Of a DNA stretch of 64,000 nucleotides, positions 11,203 to 24,145 are shown piece by piece. The notes beneath the pieces were generated by a model that saw nothing but the letters and a program-made list of their open reading frames with translations, had not been told where the DNA came from and did not search any database. The translations under genes were made by a program, and so were the position numbers. Where the stretch lies: contig JBBKWO010000057.1 in the NCBI GenBank assembly GCA_037969015.1, positions 17,837 through 81,836 on the forward strand, written 5' to 3'. The first letter of the stretch is position 1. Every line of letters begins with the position of its first letter. This stretch comes from Opitutaceae bacterium. GTDB taxonomy: Bacteria; Verrucomicrobiota; Verrucomicrobiia; Opitutales; Opitutaceae.

Positions 11203-12273
11203 ATGCATCTCCTCCAGCCCGGCCAACTCGGCTCCCTTTCCATTCCCAACCGTGTGCTCTTTGCACCGCTCACCCGCAAACGCGCCTCCCCCGAAAACGT
11301 GCCCGGCGAACTCATGGCTCAATACTACGCCCAACGCGCCTCCGCCGGCCTGCTCATCGCCGAAGCCACCATGGTCGCAGCCGACGCCCAGGCCTGGGAA
11401 CAACAACCCGGCATCCATTCCCAAGCCCAGATCGACGGCTGGCTCAAAGTCACCGACGGCGTGCACGCCGCCGGCGGCCGCATCTACCTGCAAATCTGGC
11501 ACCCCGGCCGCGCCACCCACCCCGCGCTCAACGCCGGCGTGCAACCCGTGTCCTCGTCCAACAAACCCATCCGCGACGGCCACATCCACACGCCGGGAGG
11601 CAACCAACCCTACCCGACCCCGCGCGCTCTGCGCACCGACGAGATTCCCGGCATCATCGAATCCTTCCGCCAAGGCTCCATCAACGCCCAGACCGCCGGC
11701 TTCGACGGCGTGCAAATCCACGGTGCGCACGGCTACCTCGTCGACCAATTCCTGCGCGATAGTGTCAACGATCGCACCGACCAATACGGCGGCTCGCTCG
11801 AAAACCGCGCCCGCCTGCTCTTCGAAATCGTCGACGCCGCTAGCTCCGTTTTTGGTGCCGGTCGCGTGAGCCTGCGCTTTTCACCGATCGTCGGTTTCAA
11901 CGACATGGCCGACAGCGACCCCGTAGCCCTCGTCACCCATGTGGCCAAGGAAAGCGAAAAACGTGGCCTCGGTTTCCTCGAGCTCCGTCATGACAACTAC
12001 GACAGCGCCGCCGAATACGAGCTGGCCCGGATCGCCCGCGCCAACTTCACCGGCGCCCTCGTGCGCAACGGCGGCTTCACCCGCGAAGCCGGCGAGCAGG
12101 CCATCAACGACAACCTCGCCGACGCCATTGCCTACGGCGTGCCCTTCCTCGCCAACCCCGACCTGCCGCGCCGCTTCCTGCTCGACGCCCCGCTCAATGA
12201 AGCCGACATGTCGACCTTCTACGCCGCCGGCTCTCCCAAGGGATACATCGATTATCCGGCTTTGGCAGTTTAA
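11203..12273 (+). CDS. Old Yellow Enzyme family NADH:flavin oxidoreductase (alkene / N-ethylmaleimide reductase-like)
   Basis: OYE motifs are present: NRVLFAPLTR, GFDGVQIHGAHGYLVDQFL and GRVSLRFSP. Confidence 0.9.
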   Translation: MHLLQPGQLGSLSIPNRVLFAPLTRKRASPENVPGELMAQYYAQRASAGLLIAEATMVAADAQAWEQQPGIHSQAQIDGWLKVTDGVHAAGGRIYLQIWHPGRATHPALNAGVQPVSSSNKPIRDGHIHTPGGNQPYPTPRALRTDEIPGIIESFRQGSINAQTAGFDGVQIHGAHGYLVDQFLRDSVNDRTDQYGGSLENRARLLFEIVDAASSVFGAGRVSLRFSPIVGFNDMADSDPVALVTHVAKESEKRGLGFLELRHDNYDSAAEYELARIARANFTGALVRNGGFTREAGEQAINDNLADAIAYGVPFLANPDLPRRFLLDAPLNEADMSTFYAAGSPKGYIDYPALAV

Positions 12274-12297
12274 GCTCCGTCAACATATTCACCAACG

Positions 12298-13527
12298 TCA
12301 TGGCTTCGGCACGAACCCAATGTCTTTTGTGCTGAAGGGTATGCCCTTGCTGGCCGCCTCACGCACAAGACCGATGCCCTGTCCGACACTATCGCCAGAC
12401 GGACCAGGTATCATGAAGACACCGCCAATCGTATTGTTTCGGGTTGATACGATTTTGGTCCTGCCCCCGGATGTAACGGTCGAATAGGTGAGATAACTGC
12501 CGGAAAACACACCGGTGGATGCATTGAGCGACGCCTTCCATTTGTTTTTACTGAATTTGATGAAGTAGTCGTGACTGATCATACTCAGCTTGGAATTAAA
12601 CTGCACGGTAACCGGAACCGCGGCAAAATACACAACGCTGATATCACGACCGCCATCACGTAAGCGACCGGCCATGGAGATCGCCATGACTTGGTTGTTC
12701 TCCCATCCCAAGACACTGTTGATGTTCGTCTTCTTACTATAAAGCCAAGGCTCCGCCCAGGGGGAGAGTTCAAGTTCGCCCCTATCCGGATGCGCCGCGG
12801 CTAAAATCGGCGACTTCAACCAAAGACCCTCCGACTGGCCGTCGGAGATATGGTAATGATGATCTACACGCTCCTCGAACTGCAGTTCACCCTGCAGGTA
12901 TCCATTGGCGCCGTATGGCAAAAGATAAACCTGCACAGTCAAGGCGTCATCCAGAACAAGCCGCCCGGTGAGTTTGGTGCCATCGAGTAACACACCCGTA
13001 ATGGTCGCCATCCCGCGTTGATCGATGACAATGGAGGCATAGCTCTTGCTCCCGTAGGGATAGTTATCCGATGCGGACTGCATAACCATGGTGTAGGGCC
13101 CCTTTAACCCCGCCAAAACACCTGCCTCGGGGAGTGCACGTTTCACTCCACCACCCGTCCACACGACCTCGGAATTACTTTTGTCGATTAATACGCAGGC
13201 AAGCACACCGTCACCATCCAACAAAAGCTGCAGCTGATAGATTTGTGTCTTGGAAGCTCCCGTAAATGACACCGCCGCGGACGAAACGCCTCCCGAAGCG
13301 ACCAACTTGCCCTTCAGGCTACGGGCACCGGTGCCTTGGGTGATAACTCCGGAGAAAGACCCTTTGGTGGTGACCGAAAGGTTGAGTTTACCGACTATCA
13401 AGCCGTCCTCACGCGCAATAATTTCGTAGTCACCAACCTGATTGGGATTTAACGCGCCGAATGCCGCGGGATTGCCCATCAAAAGCATCAACAAAGTAAA
13501 CAGTAGAGATGGCCGGATACTCTTCAT
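12298..13527 (-). CDS. Secreted hypothetical protein (409 aa, beta-rich)
   Basis: The signal peptide is MKSIRPSLLFTLLMLLMGNPAAFGA. I recognise no family. The gene is visibly lower in GC than its neighbours, for example 12541-12600 at about 35% GC. Confidence 0.7.
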   Translation of the reverse strand: MKSIRPSLLFTLLMLLMGNPAAFGALNPNQVGDYEIIAREDGLIVGKLNLSVTTKGSFSGVITQGTGARSLKGKLVASGGVSSAAVSFTGASKTQIYQLQLLLDGDGVLACVLIDKSNSEVVWTGGGVKRALPEAGVLAGLKGPYTMVMQSASDNYPYGSKSYASIVIDQRGMATITGVLLDGTKLTGRLVLDDALTVQVYLLPYGANGYLQGELQFEERVDHHYHISDGQSEGLWLKSPILAAAHPDRGELELSPWAEPWLYSKKTNINSVLGWENNQVMAISMAGRLRDGGRDISVVYFAAVPVTVQFNSKLSMISHDYFIKFSKNKWKASLNASTGVFSGSYLTYSTVTSGGRTKIVSTRNNTIGGVFMIPGPSGDSVGQGIGLVREAASKGIPFSTKDIGFVPKP

Positions 13528-13742
13528 ATTTCAGGAGTTTTAATGATGAATTCCCGAGAGTTACCGCAAGCACGGATACTTCACCTGAAATCTGGCGTCC
13601 CGAGGTAGGTCCATAAAGGCCCGGACCTAATTTCGCCGATGGACCCAAACCTGACGCTGCCTGTTTTCAGTCCGCCGGCCCCCCGCCAGAAGACTTGACG
13701 CGGGGGCGATTGATTGCACGTTTAGCCCTTCGCCAAACTCAT

Positions 13743-13816
13743 TGCCTGATGGTGTAATGGCAGCACAGGTGACTTTGACTCACCTAGTCATGGTTCGAAT
13801 CCATGTCGGGCAGCCA
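13743..13816 (+). tRNA. tRNA-Gln (anticodon UUG), CCA encoded
   Basis: I folded a 74-nt cloverleaf by hand. The acceptor is TGCCTGA/TCGGGCA, the D stem GTGT/GCAC, and the anticodon stem GGTGA/TCACC with loop CTTTGAC. The T arm is CATGG-TTCGAAT-CCATG, the discriminator is G, and CCA follows. Confidence 0.9.
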
Positions 13817-13820
13817 CTTT

Positions 13821-13846
13821 AGCCGACTCGAAAGAGTCGGCTTCTT
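13821..13846 (+). terminator. Hairpin immediately after tRNA-Gln
   Basis: The hairpin is AGCCGACTC-GAAA-GAGTCGGCT followed by TCTTG, which is a weak T tract. Confidence 0.5.
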
Positions 13847-13944
13847 GCTGCCCAGAATGGAGGAGAACCTTGGTTCGACGAAGCGGAGCGGAGATGGGAC
13901 GCCCACAGGGCGGTCGCGTAGCGATTGGGTCAGCAGACCCAACC

Positions 13945-14008
13945 AATCCATGTCGGGCAGCCAATTTAACCGACTCGAAAGAGTCGGCTTTTTGCTGCCC
14001 AAAATGGA
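13945..14008 (+). repeat. Direct repeat of the last 19 nt of tRNA-Gln plus its downstream hairpin (second copy; the first copy is 13798-13862)
   Basis: AATCCATGTCGGGCAGCCA is identical in both copies. The next ~45 nt (TTTARCCGACTCGAAAGAGTCGGCTTYTTGCTGCCCARAATGGA) differ at only 4 positions. The copy offset is 147 bp. Confidence 0.85.
13970..13993 (+). terminator. Terminator hairpin in the second repeat copy
   Basis: The hairpin is CCGACTC-GAAA-GAGTCGG followed by CTTTTT. Confidence 0.6.
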
Positions 14009-14034
14009 TGGCAAGCAGGCCCCTACCTGAGACC

Positions 14035-14067
14035 AGAAAAAAGGGAGCCGTGGATGGCTCCCTTTTG
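14035..14067. terminator. Bidirectional terminator (downstream of carB on the minus strand)
   Basis: The structure is AAAAAA-GGGAGCC-GTGGAT-GGCTCCC-TTTT. The A and T tracts flank a 7-bp GC stem 31 nt from the carB stop. Confidence 0.7.
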
Positions 14068-14097
14068 TGAGAATCAACTGCGCCGAAGAGTCCCCGC

Positions 14098-17334
<3,237 letters not shown>

Positions 17335-17444
17335 GGACGTAGATTGCGCGCAGGGTTGAGCCCCGTTTGAGGCTGGGCAAGCGGAAAGGCAGGGGTGTCC
17401 GGAAACGTCACGGACACGGAGGAGAAAACTCTCCGTGGAAAGCG

Positions 17445-18698
17445 TTAACTGATCCGCGAAACCTCGATCCCAAGAATCTGGGCGGCGAGGGTTTTATCGC
17501 CACGGCAGGCTCGCATAACCTGCTCGGTATAATGCTTTTCCTCACCAGCCAAGTAAGCCTCGAGCGACGGCCAAGACTTGAGATCCTTGATGCGAAGCGG
17601 GATTTGCTGGATGGAAACCATGCGGGTCTCAGTGCTCGCGGCGATCTTGGTGACAACTTGCCCCAAATCGGTGAGATTGCCCGGCCAAGCGTAAGCCTTG
17701 AGTGCGGCGAGGGCATCGGGACTAAATTCCACCAAATTGGCGTCGAAATTGGGGTTCGTGGCCTGGGAGGTGAAAAACTTGACGAGTGAAGGGACGTCCT
17801 CCGCACGTTCACGCAGGGGACAAAGCACCACCGGCAGCGCGGCGACGCGGTAGAAAAGTTCGTCGTTGAAGTGGCCTTCATCGGTCAACTTCTCGAGATC
17901 GGCGGTCGTGGTGCAGATCAAGCGGAAGCCATGCGCGGTATTTCGCAGCACGCCGACGAGCTCGGCCTGCATGTTCTCGGGAAGCTGATCCAGATTTTGC
18001 AGGAGCAGGGTGCCGTTTTTGGCCTGCTGAACCCAGGTGCCTCCCTGGCCGTTTTCGCCGAGCAGGCCGGCCCGGAAATTCTCCTCCGAACTGACAGTGC
18101 AGTCGATCCGCACGATCGGCACGGATCCGCCGGCGGAGGCTTCGTGCAGGATTTCGGCCACGGTGGTTTTACCGGTGCCAACCTCACCCTGTAGAAGAAC
18201 CGGGGTGCGGACCGCGGAGAGTTTTTTGACCTGTTGAACGAGTCGCTTGTTTTCAGCACTGCCACCGACCAGTCGTTGCTCAAGGTTGAGGTTCGACTGG
18301 GCACCCACGGCGGCCACCGGTTGCTCATCTGCGAATTGCTTGAACTCAATACCCCGCTTGAGCGTGGCGAGCAGTTCGTCCACCCGGAAAGGTTTTTGCA
18401 GGTAGTCAAACGCACCAAACTTGAGAGCTTGAACCGCACTTTCAGTCGAAGCGTAGGCGGTCATGATGATGACCACACAGTTCGGATCGTAGGCCTTTAG
18501 CTGCTTAAGCAGGGTGATGCCGTCCATCGGCTTCATGTCGATGTCGGCCAGAACCAGGTCGAACTTGTCCTGCTTGTAGCGCGCCAGCGCTTTTTCACCA
18601 TCAGTGGCAAAGGCCGTGGAGTAGCCGGTCGGCTGGATCACGGCATCAAGCATCTCGTGAATGGAGAGCAGGTCGTCGACAATAAGAATGGAAGGCAT
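17445..18698 (-). CDS. Response regulator with REC, an AAA+ (NtrC-type) domain and a Fis-type HTH. The ATPase and sigma-54 contact motifs are degenerate.
   Basis: The REC domain reads ILIVDD...[10 protein letters not shown]. Walker A is GEVGTGKT. Where GAFTGA...GTLFLDE is expected, the sequence reads [25 protein letters not shown]. The C-terminal HTH is [17 protein letters not shown]. Confidence 0.8.
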   Translation of the reverse strand: MPSILIVDDLLSIHEMLDAVIQPTGYSTAFATDGEKALARYKQDKFDLVLADIDMKPMDGITLLKQLKAYDPNCVVIIMTAYASTESAVQALKFGAFDYLQKPFRVDELLATLKRGIEFKQFADEQPVAAVGAQSNLNLEQRLVGGSAENKRLVQQVKKLSAVRTPVLLQGEVGTGKTTVAEILHEASAGGSVPIVRIDCTVSSEENFRAGLLGENGQGGTWVQQAKNGTLLLQNLDQLPENMQAELVGVLRNTAHGFRLICTTTADLEKLTDEGHFNDELFYRVAALPVVLCPLRERAEDVPSLVKFFTSQATNPNFDANLVEFSPDALAALKAYAWPGNLTDLGQVVTKIAASTETRMVSIQQIPLRIKDLKSWPSLEAYLAGEEKHYTEQVMRACRGDKTLAAQILGIEVSRIS

Positions 18699-18762
18699 GG
18701 AATGGGGGGACGGGAAACGCGGCCGGGGTTAGGCAACCGCGTCGTTATCGAAGAATGGACCC

Positions 18763-19950
18763 TTAATTATTAAGTCCGCCGGCAACAGCGCCGAGTTGGA
18801 AGATCGGCAGGAACATCGCCATAACAATGCCGCCGACAACAACACCAAGGAATACGATAAGCAACGGCTCAATCAGTGAGGTGAGCGAAGCCACGGTGGC
18901 TTCCGACTCGGTATCATAAAAATCGGCGATCTTGTTCATCATGCCGTCGACATTACCGGTGGATTCACCGGCCTTGACCATGTGTTTCATCATGGGAGGG
19001 AAAAACGCGTTGGCGGCGAGCACTTCGGAAACCTGACCACCCTGGCTGACGTGGCGTGCGATGTCAGCGCAGGCGTCTTCGACCTGAACTTTGTTACTGG
19101 CCGCGGCGACAATTTCGAGCGTGCGCAAAATGGGCACGCCGGAACGAATCAGTGTGGCGTAGGTGCGACAGAAACGCGAAAGGGCGATTTTGTGAATCAG
19201 ACCGCCGAAAATGGGGGCACGCACCAAGGCAAGATCCTTCAATCGGCGACCATTGGGCGTGGAAATGAATTTCTTAAAGAGCCAGACAAAGACGATCGCA
19301 CCAAGGATGAGCCAGTGAATGTTGTGTTTAAGAAAGTCACTCAGATCGATGAGCATCTGCGTCGGTGCGGGGAGCTTGGCGCCGAAGTCCGAGAACATGT
19401 TCGCGAAAACCGGAATAACAAAAATCAACAGCACGTTGACCAGGGCAACCGCCAGACCGATAACCGCGATCGGGTAGGTCATGGCGGACTTGACCTTCTT
19501 GGTCAGCTTGACGCTCGACTCGAAGTAGCCGGCCACCTTGCTCAAAATTTCCGCGAGCGCACCGGAGGCTTCACCGGCCTCGATCATCGAGGTGAAAAGC
19601 GAATTAAAGGACTTGGGGTAGAGTTTGACCGCAGAGGAAAACGAGTTGCCGGACGAGATGTCGTTGCGCACATCGCGGATGATAATGCGGAAGACGGCAT
19701 CCTCGGTCTGATCCTGCAGCGCTTCAAGGCATTGCACCAAGGGAAGACCGGCGTTGAGCAGCGAAGAGAGCTGCTGGGTAAAGATCGCGAGCTCGCCGAG
19801 CGGGAGCTTGTATTTCTTGGCCCTCTTCTCGAGAGCCTTCTGTTTGGCAAGGGCTTGCGCCGCCCCGAGACTGATCTTTCTTTTCGGAGAAGAGGACGAT
19901 CCACGCAGCCCAGATCCCTGACCGCCGGAAGCACTGGAAATAAATGCCAT
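18763..19950 (-). CDS. Type II secretion / type IV pilus platform protein (GspF/PilC family)
   Basis: The protein is 395 aa with two T2SSF repeats and three TM segments (LSSLLNAGLPLVQCLE..., TLIRSGVPILRTLE...). It is typical of PilC/GspF. Confidence 0.9.
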   Translation of the reverse strand: MAFISSASGGQGSGLRGSSSSPKRKISLGAAQALAKQKALEKRAKKYKLPLGELAIFTQQLSSLLNAGLPLVQCLEALQDQTEDAVFRIIIRDVRNDISSGNSFSSAVKLYPKSFNSLFTSMIEAGEASGALAEILSKVAGYFESSVKLTKKVKSAMTYPIAVIGLAVALVNVLLIFVIPVFANMFSDFGAKLPAPTQMLIDLSDFLKHNIHWLILGAIVFVWLFKKFISTPNGRRLKDLALVRAPIFGGLIHKIALSRFCRTYATLIRSGVPILRTLEIVAAASNKVQVEDACADIARHVSQGGQVSEVLAANAFFPPMMKHMVKAGESTGNVDGMMNKIADFYDTESEATVASLTSLIEPLLIVFLGVVVGGIVMAMFLPIFQLGAVAGGLNN

Positions 19951-20103
19951 ATGCTCAGCAAAAACATCCGTTCTCTCCGCGGCAATCCGCGATTTTACAA
20001 TTCATGCAGGTATATTTCTCCTCGGAAAAACCCGCTTTTGAAGTCGCCGCAGAGTTGACATGGCAGGGCGGGCGCAGGCATTGATTCCGGACCGGTTAGA
20101 CAT

Positions 20104-20177
20104 GCGGCTGTAGTTTAGTGGTAAAACTCCACTCTTCCAAAGTGGTCTCGAGGGTTCGATTCCCTCCAGCCGCACCA
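20104..20177 (+). tRNA. tRNA-Gly (anticodon UCC), CCA encoded
   Basis: The 74-nt cloverleaf has acceptor GCGGCTG/CAGCCGC and anticodon stem CCACT/AGTGG with loop CTTCCAA. The T arm is GAGGG-TTCGATT-CCCTC. Confidence 0.9.
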
Positions 20178-20216
20178 CTCTCAAGACCAGTCAGTCAGCG
20201 TAGCAGTGTGCAGGCG

Positions 20217-20250
20217 CAAAAAAGCCGCGCTCCCGAAGGACCGCGGCTTT
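20217..20250 (-). terminator. Rho-independent terminator of gnd
   Basis: The minus strand reads AAGCCGCGGTCCTTCGGGAGCGCGGCTT followed by TTTTT, 30 nt after the gnd stop. Confidence 0.75.
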
Positions 20251-20279
20251 GTAATTTTGAGACTCCGGCCGCCTTGGGC

Positions 20280-21791
20280 TTAAGCCTCGAGCTGCGGACG
20301 CTTGGCCTCAGGCCAGTCGATGTGGAAGAACTTGCCACGGGGCTTGTCGGTGCGCTCGTAGGTGTGAGCGCCGAAGTAGTCGCGCTGAGCCTGAAGCAGA
20401 TTGGCCGGCAGACGGGCCGAACGGTAACCGTCGTAGTAGGCCAACGAGGAGCCGAAGGTCGGGACCGGCACGCCGTTTTCGGCGGCGAGGCTGACGACCT
20501 TGCGCCAGTTTTCCTGGGCCTTCTGGATGGTCTTGTTGAAGTAAGGATCGAGGAGGAGGTTGGCCAGCTTGGGGTTCTTGGCGTAGGCCTCGGTGATCTT
20601 CTGCAGGAAGGCGGCGCGGATGATGCAACCACCGCGGAAGATCTGGGCGATCTGGCCGAAGTTGAGCTTCCAACCGTATTCACCTTGGGCGGCACGCATC
20701 AGCTGGAAGCCCTGCGCGTAAGAGCAGATCTTGGAACAATAGAGGGCGTCGCGGATGGCCTCGATGAGAGCTTTCTTCTTGGCGGGAGAAGTGATCTTTT
20801 TGACCTTCGGGCCCTTGAGAACCTTGGAGGCGGCGACGCGCTCGTCCTTGATGGCGGAGAGGCAGCGCGAGAACACGGACTCGGCGACGGTGGGGGCGGC
20901 GACGCCCATGTCGAGGGCGTTGACCGAGGTCCACTTGCCCGTGCCCTTTTGGCCGGCGGTATCGAGGACGACGTCAACAAAGGCCTTCTTAGAGGCGGGA
21001 TCCTTCTGCTGAAGGATATCGGCGGTGATCTCGATGAGGAAGGAGTCGAGGTTGCCCTTATTCCAGTCGGCGAAGATCTTGCCCATCTCGGCAGGCTTGA
21101 GACCGAGCAGATTTTGCATGAGATCGTAGGCTTCGCAGATCATCTGCATGTCACCGTATTCGATGCCGTTGTGCACCATCTTGACGTAGTGGCCCGCGCC
21201 GTTTTCGCCGATGTAGGTGGTGCAGGGCACGCCGCCCTTGACGGGTTTGCCGGGCTTGGCGCCGGGGATGGGCTTGCCGGTCTTCTTGTCGACCTTGGCG
21301 GCGATGGCGTTCCAGATGGGCTTGATCTCGTTCCAGGCGGACTTGTCGCAGCCGGGCATGAGGGACGGGCCGAAGCGCGCGCCTTCTTCACCACCGGACA
21401 CGCCGGAACCGATGAAGCGGAGACCCTTTTCCTTGAGGGCCTTTTCGCGACGGATGGTGTCGGTCCAGAGGGCGTTGCCGCCGTCGATAATGATGTCGTT
21501 GGGCTCAAAGAGCTCGGCGAGACCGTCGATCACCGCGTCGGTGGCCTTGCCGGCCTGCACGAGGATGATGGCCTTGCGGGGCTTGGCGAGGGACTCAACG
21601 AATTCCTTAAGGGTCTTCGAACCGATGAGACCACCGGGTGTATCAGGATTTTCGGCGACAAACTTGTCGGTTTTTTCGACCGTGCGGTTGTAAACCGAGA
21701 TACGGAAACCGTGGTCGGCAATGTTGAGGGCGAGGTTTTGACCCATAACGGCGAGGCCGATGAGTCCGATGTCGGAGTGCGTCTTGGACAT
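20280..21791 (-). CDS. gnd: 6-phosphogluconate dehydrogenase (decarboxylating)
   Basis: The start is [29 protein letters not shown] (rc ATG 21789-21791). [19 protein letters not shown] is present. A ~20-aa Lys/Pro/Gly-rich insertion lies before that motif. Confidence 0.95.
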   Translation of the reverse strand: MSKTHSDIGLIGLAVMGQNLALNIADHGFRISVYNRTVEKTDKFVAENPDTPGGLIGSKTLKEFVESLAKPRKAIILVQAGKATDAVIDGLAELFEPNDIIIDGGNALWTDTIRREKALKEKGLRFIGSGVSGGEEGARFGPSLMPGCDKSAWNEIKPIWNAIAAKVDKKTGKPIPGAKPGKPVKGGVPCTTYIGENGAGHYVKMVHNGIEYGDMQMICEAYDLMQNLLGLKPAEMGKIFADWNKGNLDSFLIEITADILQQKDPASKKAFVDVVLDTAGQKGTGKWTSVNALDMGVAAPTVAESVFSRCLSAIKDERVAASKVLKGPKVKKITSPAKKKALIEAIRDALYCSKICSYAQGFQLMRAAQGEYGWKLNFGQIAQIFRGGCIIRAAFLQKITEAYAKNPKLANLLLDPYFNKTIQKAQENWRKVVSLAAENGVPVPTFGSSLAYYDGYRSARLPANLLQAQRDYFGAHTYERTDKPRGKFFHIDWPEAKRPQLEA

Positions 21792-21943
21792 AAAGTAAAA
21801 CGCAGGTGTAGGGAGATGACTCCCCGAAACCAATCCCAATTTCATGGATACGTTCTCATAAGGACTAACAGTTTTCCTCATCCGAACGAGCCGGCCCCGC
21901 TTCCGCCGTTGCCAGCGACTAAACAACGCAACACGTTCGCCCC

Positions 21944-23026
21944 ATGGAGGTCGAAGATTCCAGCCGCATCCGCACCCAACAAAAAAAGCCCAGCGTGCCC
22001 ATCCGCGACGGCTTACGCGGCTATTTGACCCGCTACCGCCGCGAGCGCGACCTGCCCCTGACCTACGAACGCCTGCGGCGATTCGCCGACAGCGTTCCTT
22101 TGAGTGATGCCAAGGGCCGGGCCACCTTGTGGGACAGTGTTTACTACGACGCTCAGGAAATGCGCTCGCTGCAAGATGACCTCAAACGCGTCTACGCCAT
22201 CCTCCGCGTCGATGGAGATCTCTCGGTGATGCAACATCTCTACATTGACCGCATCGACTTCTGTGCCTTCGGCAACTCTGCCCCTTTCCGCATCCGGATT
22301 GTCAACGCCTACAACGACAATCCCGATCATTTCTACGTCAAACGCGGCGACGCCTCCCGTGTCTACGGCCTCGAGCTCGAGCACCTGCTTTCGCCCAACC
22401 GCCTCAATTACCTCACCTGCGGCAACACCCTGGTCGAGGAACACATCGCCGGCATTCCCGGCAACGAGTTCATCGACCGCTGGATGAGCAGTCCCGAGAT
22501 CAAACCCATCCGCCTCGCCAAGGAACTGGTGAAATTCAACGAGCGCTGTTTTGTCCGCCTGCTCGGCGACATGCGCAGTTATAACTACGTGGTCGTCTTC
22601 ACCCCCGACTTCGAGGGCGCCCAGATCCGCATCCGCGCGATGGACTTCGACCAACAGGGCTACGAGGGTCGCATGAACCTCTACCGTCCCCAGTTTTTCA
22701 AAGAAAACCTGCCCCTCGCCAAGTTCTGCATGAAACACCTGCGGGTTGAAACCGCGCAGCAATATCAACGCGAAGAACAGGTGCTCATCCTTCAACGTGT
22801 CGCCATCATCGAGGACCGCCTCAACCTGCTCCTCGACATCATGGCCGCCGATCGTATCGCCCCGCCTGAAAACGTCCGCCAACTCCGCGGCGAACTCGCC
22901 CAATATTTTCAGCGCGACTCCTACCTGCACTGCGAGTCCATGGGCGCCCTCGTCCGCGAAAATCTCGCCACCATCCGGCTAAACGTCAGCAACACCCTCG
23001 CCCCGAAACCCGGCCTGGGCATGTGA
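21944..23026 (+). CDS. Hypothetical protein with protein-kinase-like (RIO / Kdo-kinase-like) motifs
   Basis: The motifs occur in the kinase-fold order: HFYVKRGD (beta3 Lys), [11 protein letters not shown] (hinge), [12 protein letters not shown] (D-x4-N catalytic loop) and IRAMDFDQ (metal-binding Asp, IDxxQ-like). The assignment rests on motifs only. Confidence 0.45.
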   Translation: MEVEDSSRIRTQQKKPSVPIRDGLRGYLTRYRRERDLPLTYERLRRFADSVPLSDAKGRATLWDSVYYDAQEMRSLQDDLKRVYAILRVDGDLSVMQHLYIDRIDFCAFGNSAPFRIRIVNAYNDNPDHFYVKRGDASRVYGLELEHLLSPNRLNYLTCGNTLVEEHIAGIPGNEFIDRWMSSPEIKPIRLAKELVKFNERCFVRLLGDMRSYNYVVVFTPDFEGAQIRIRAMDFDQQGYEGRMNLYRPQFFKENLPLAKFCMKHLRVETAQQYQREEQVLILQRVAIIEDRLNLLLDIMAADRIAPPENVRQLRGELAQYFQRDSYLHCESMGALVRENLATIRLNVSNTLAPKPGLGM

Positions 23027-23204
23027 TTACCTGCCCCGCGTAGCAAAGGCATTCCCACCTGTGCTTGGCGTCCGCCTCCGGCACATCACTCGCACACGGA
23101 AAGCCGCACAGGCAAGAATCCTGAGCCACGCGCCCGCACTCCCTCCGCTTCGTTATTTACGCCGGCACACCTGCCCGCGCATGCTGTCGGTTATCACTGT
23201 CACC

Positions 23205-24095
23205 ATGCACGCCCTCCGCGCCCGTAGTCTCATTCTCATGCTTTGCGCCCTTTCCGCGCCCCAGTTCGCCGCGGCCCAAACCGCGGTGGATGAGCTCGCC
23301 GGTCTTGTCGCCCGTCAAAAAAACCTGCTGGCCGCCGCCGCCACCAAGGAAACACCGTCCGAACTGGAAGACCTCCGGCCCGGGCTGCAAAAGCTCGTCT
23401 TCGACTACAACGCCTTGCTGGCCCGCCACCCCGACTTCGCCGCCGGCCACGCCAGCTTCGGCCTCTTACTCGGCAACCCCGTCATCGGCGAAAACAAGGA
23501 AGCCACAAAAGAACTGCTGATCGCCAACCGGCTCGACCCCGACATCCCCGTGGTCAAAAACCAACTCGGCAACTTTCTGGCCGAGGAAGGCCGCCCCATC
23601 GAGGCGCTTCACTTCTTTCTGGAAGCCGTGGAGCTCGCCCCCAAGGAACCGCTCTACCACCTGCAAATCGGCACACTCCTGATCGAGGCCCGCGAAGACT
23701 TTTTGAAAAGCGGTCAATGGACCCGCGAGAAGATCGACGACGCCATGCTCGACGCCTTTGCCACCGCCGCCGACCTCGCGCCCGAACGCTTCGACTTGGC
23801 CTATCGTCACGCCATGGCCTACTACGACCTCGCCGACACCGAATGGCCCGCCGCCCTCGACCTCTGGCGCGAACTCATTGAACGCGCAGCCACCCCGCTC
23901 GACCGCCAAACCCTGCAACTCCACGAGGCCAACGTCCTCGGAAAACTCGGCCACCTCGACGAAGCCCGCACCGTCCTTCGCAAAATCACCGAGCCGGTCC
24001 TCGCCGTGCAAAAGCAAAAACTCCTCACCGAGCTCAACACGCCGAAACCCGAGCAAAAACCCGCCGCCACCATCCCCGTTGACGCGGCGCCCTAA
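23205..24095 (+). CDS. Secreted TPR-repeat protein
   Basis: The start is MHALRARSLILMLCALSAPQFAAAQT, a signal peptide. The body is helical with TPR-like repeats such as GRPIEALHFFLEAVELAPKEPLYHLQIG. Confidence 0.7.
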   Translation: MHALRARSLILMLCALSAPQFAAAQTAVDELAGLVARQKNLLAAAATKETPSELEDLRPGLQKLVFDYNALLARHPDFAAGHASFGLLLGNPVIGENKEATKELLIANRLDPDIPVVKNQLGNFLAEEGRPIEALHFFLEAVELAPKEPLYHLQIGTLLIEAREDFLKSGQWTREKIDDAMLDAFATAADLAPERFDLAYRHAMAYYDLADTEWPAALDLWRELIERAATPLDRQTLQLHEANVLGKLGHLDEARTVLRKITEPVLAVQKQKLLTELNTPKPEQKPAATIPVDAAP

Positions 24096-24145
24096 ACTCG
24101 CGCCTCAACAATACCCGACACCCGTATCCCCTCTTCCATCGCCTG

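Noticed and set aside
13798-14008. The two 64-nt direct repeats as a minimal CRISPR array.
   Set aside because: There are only two copies, the repeat contains the tRNA-Gln 3-prime end and a terminator, and no cas genes are present. It is interpreted as an att-like duplication instead.
20118-22028. A 636-aa plus-strand ORF spanning tRNA-Gly and the gnd region.
   Set aside because: It starts inside tRNA-Gly and runs antisense to gnd. The sequence is low-complexity with no motifs.
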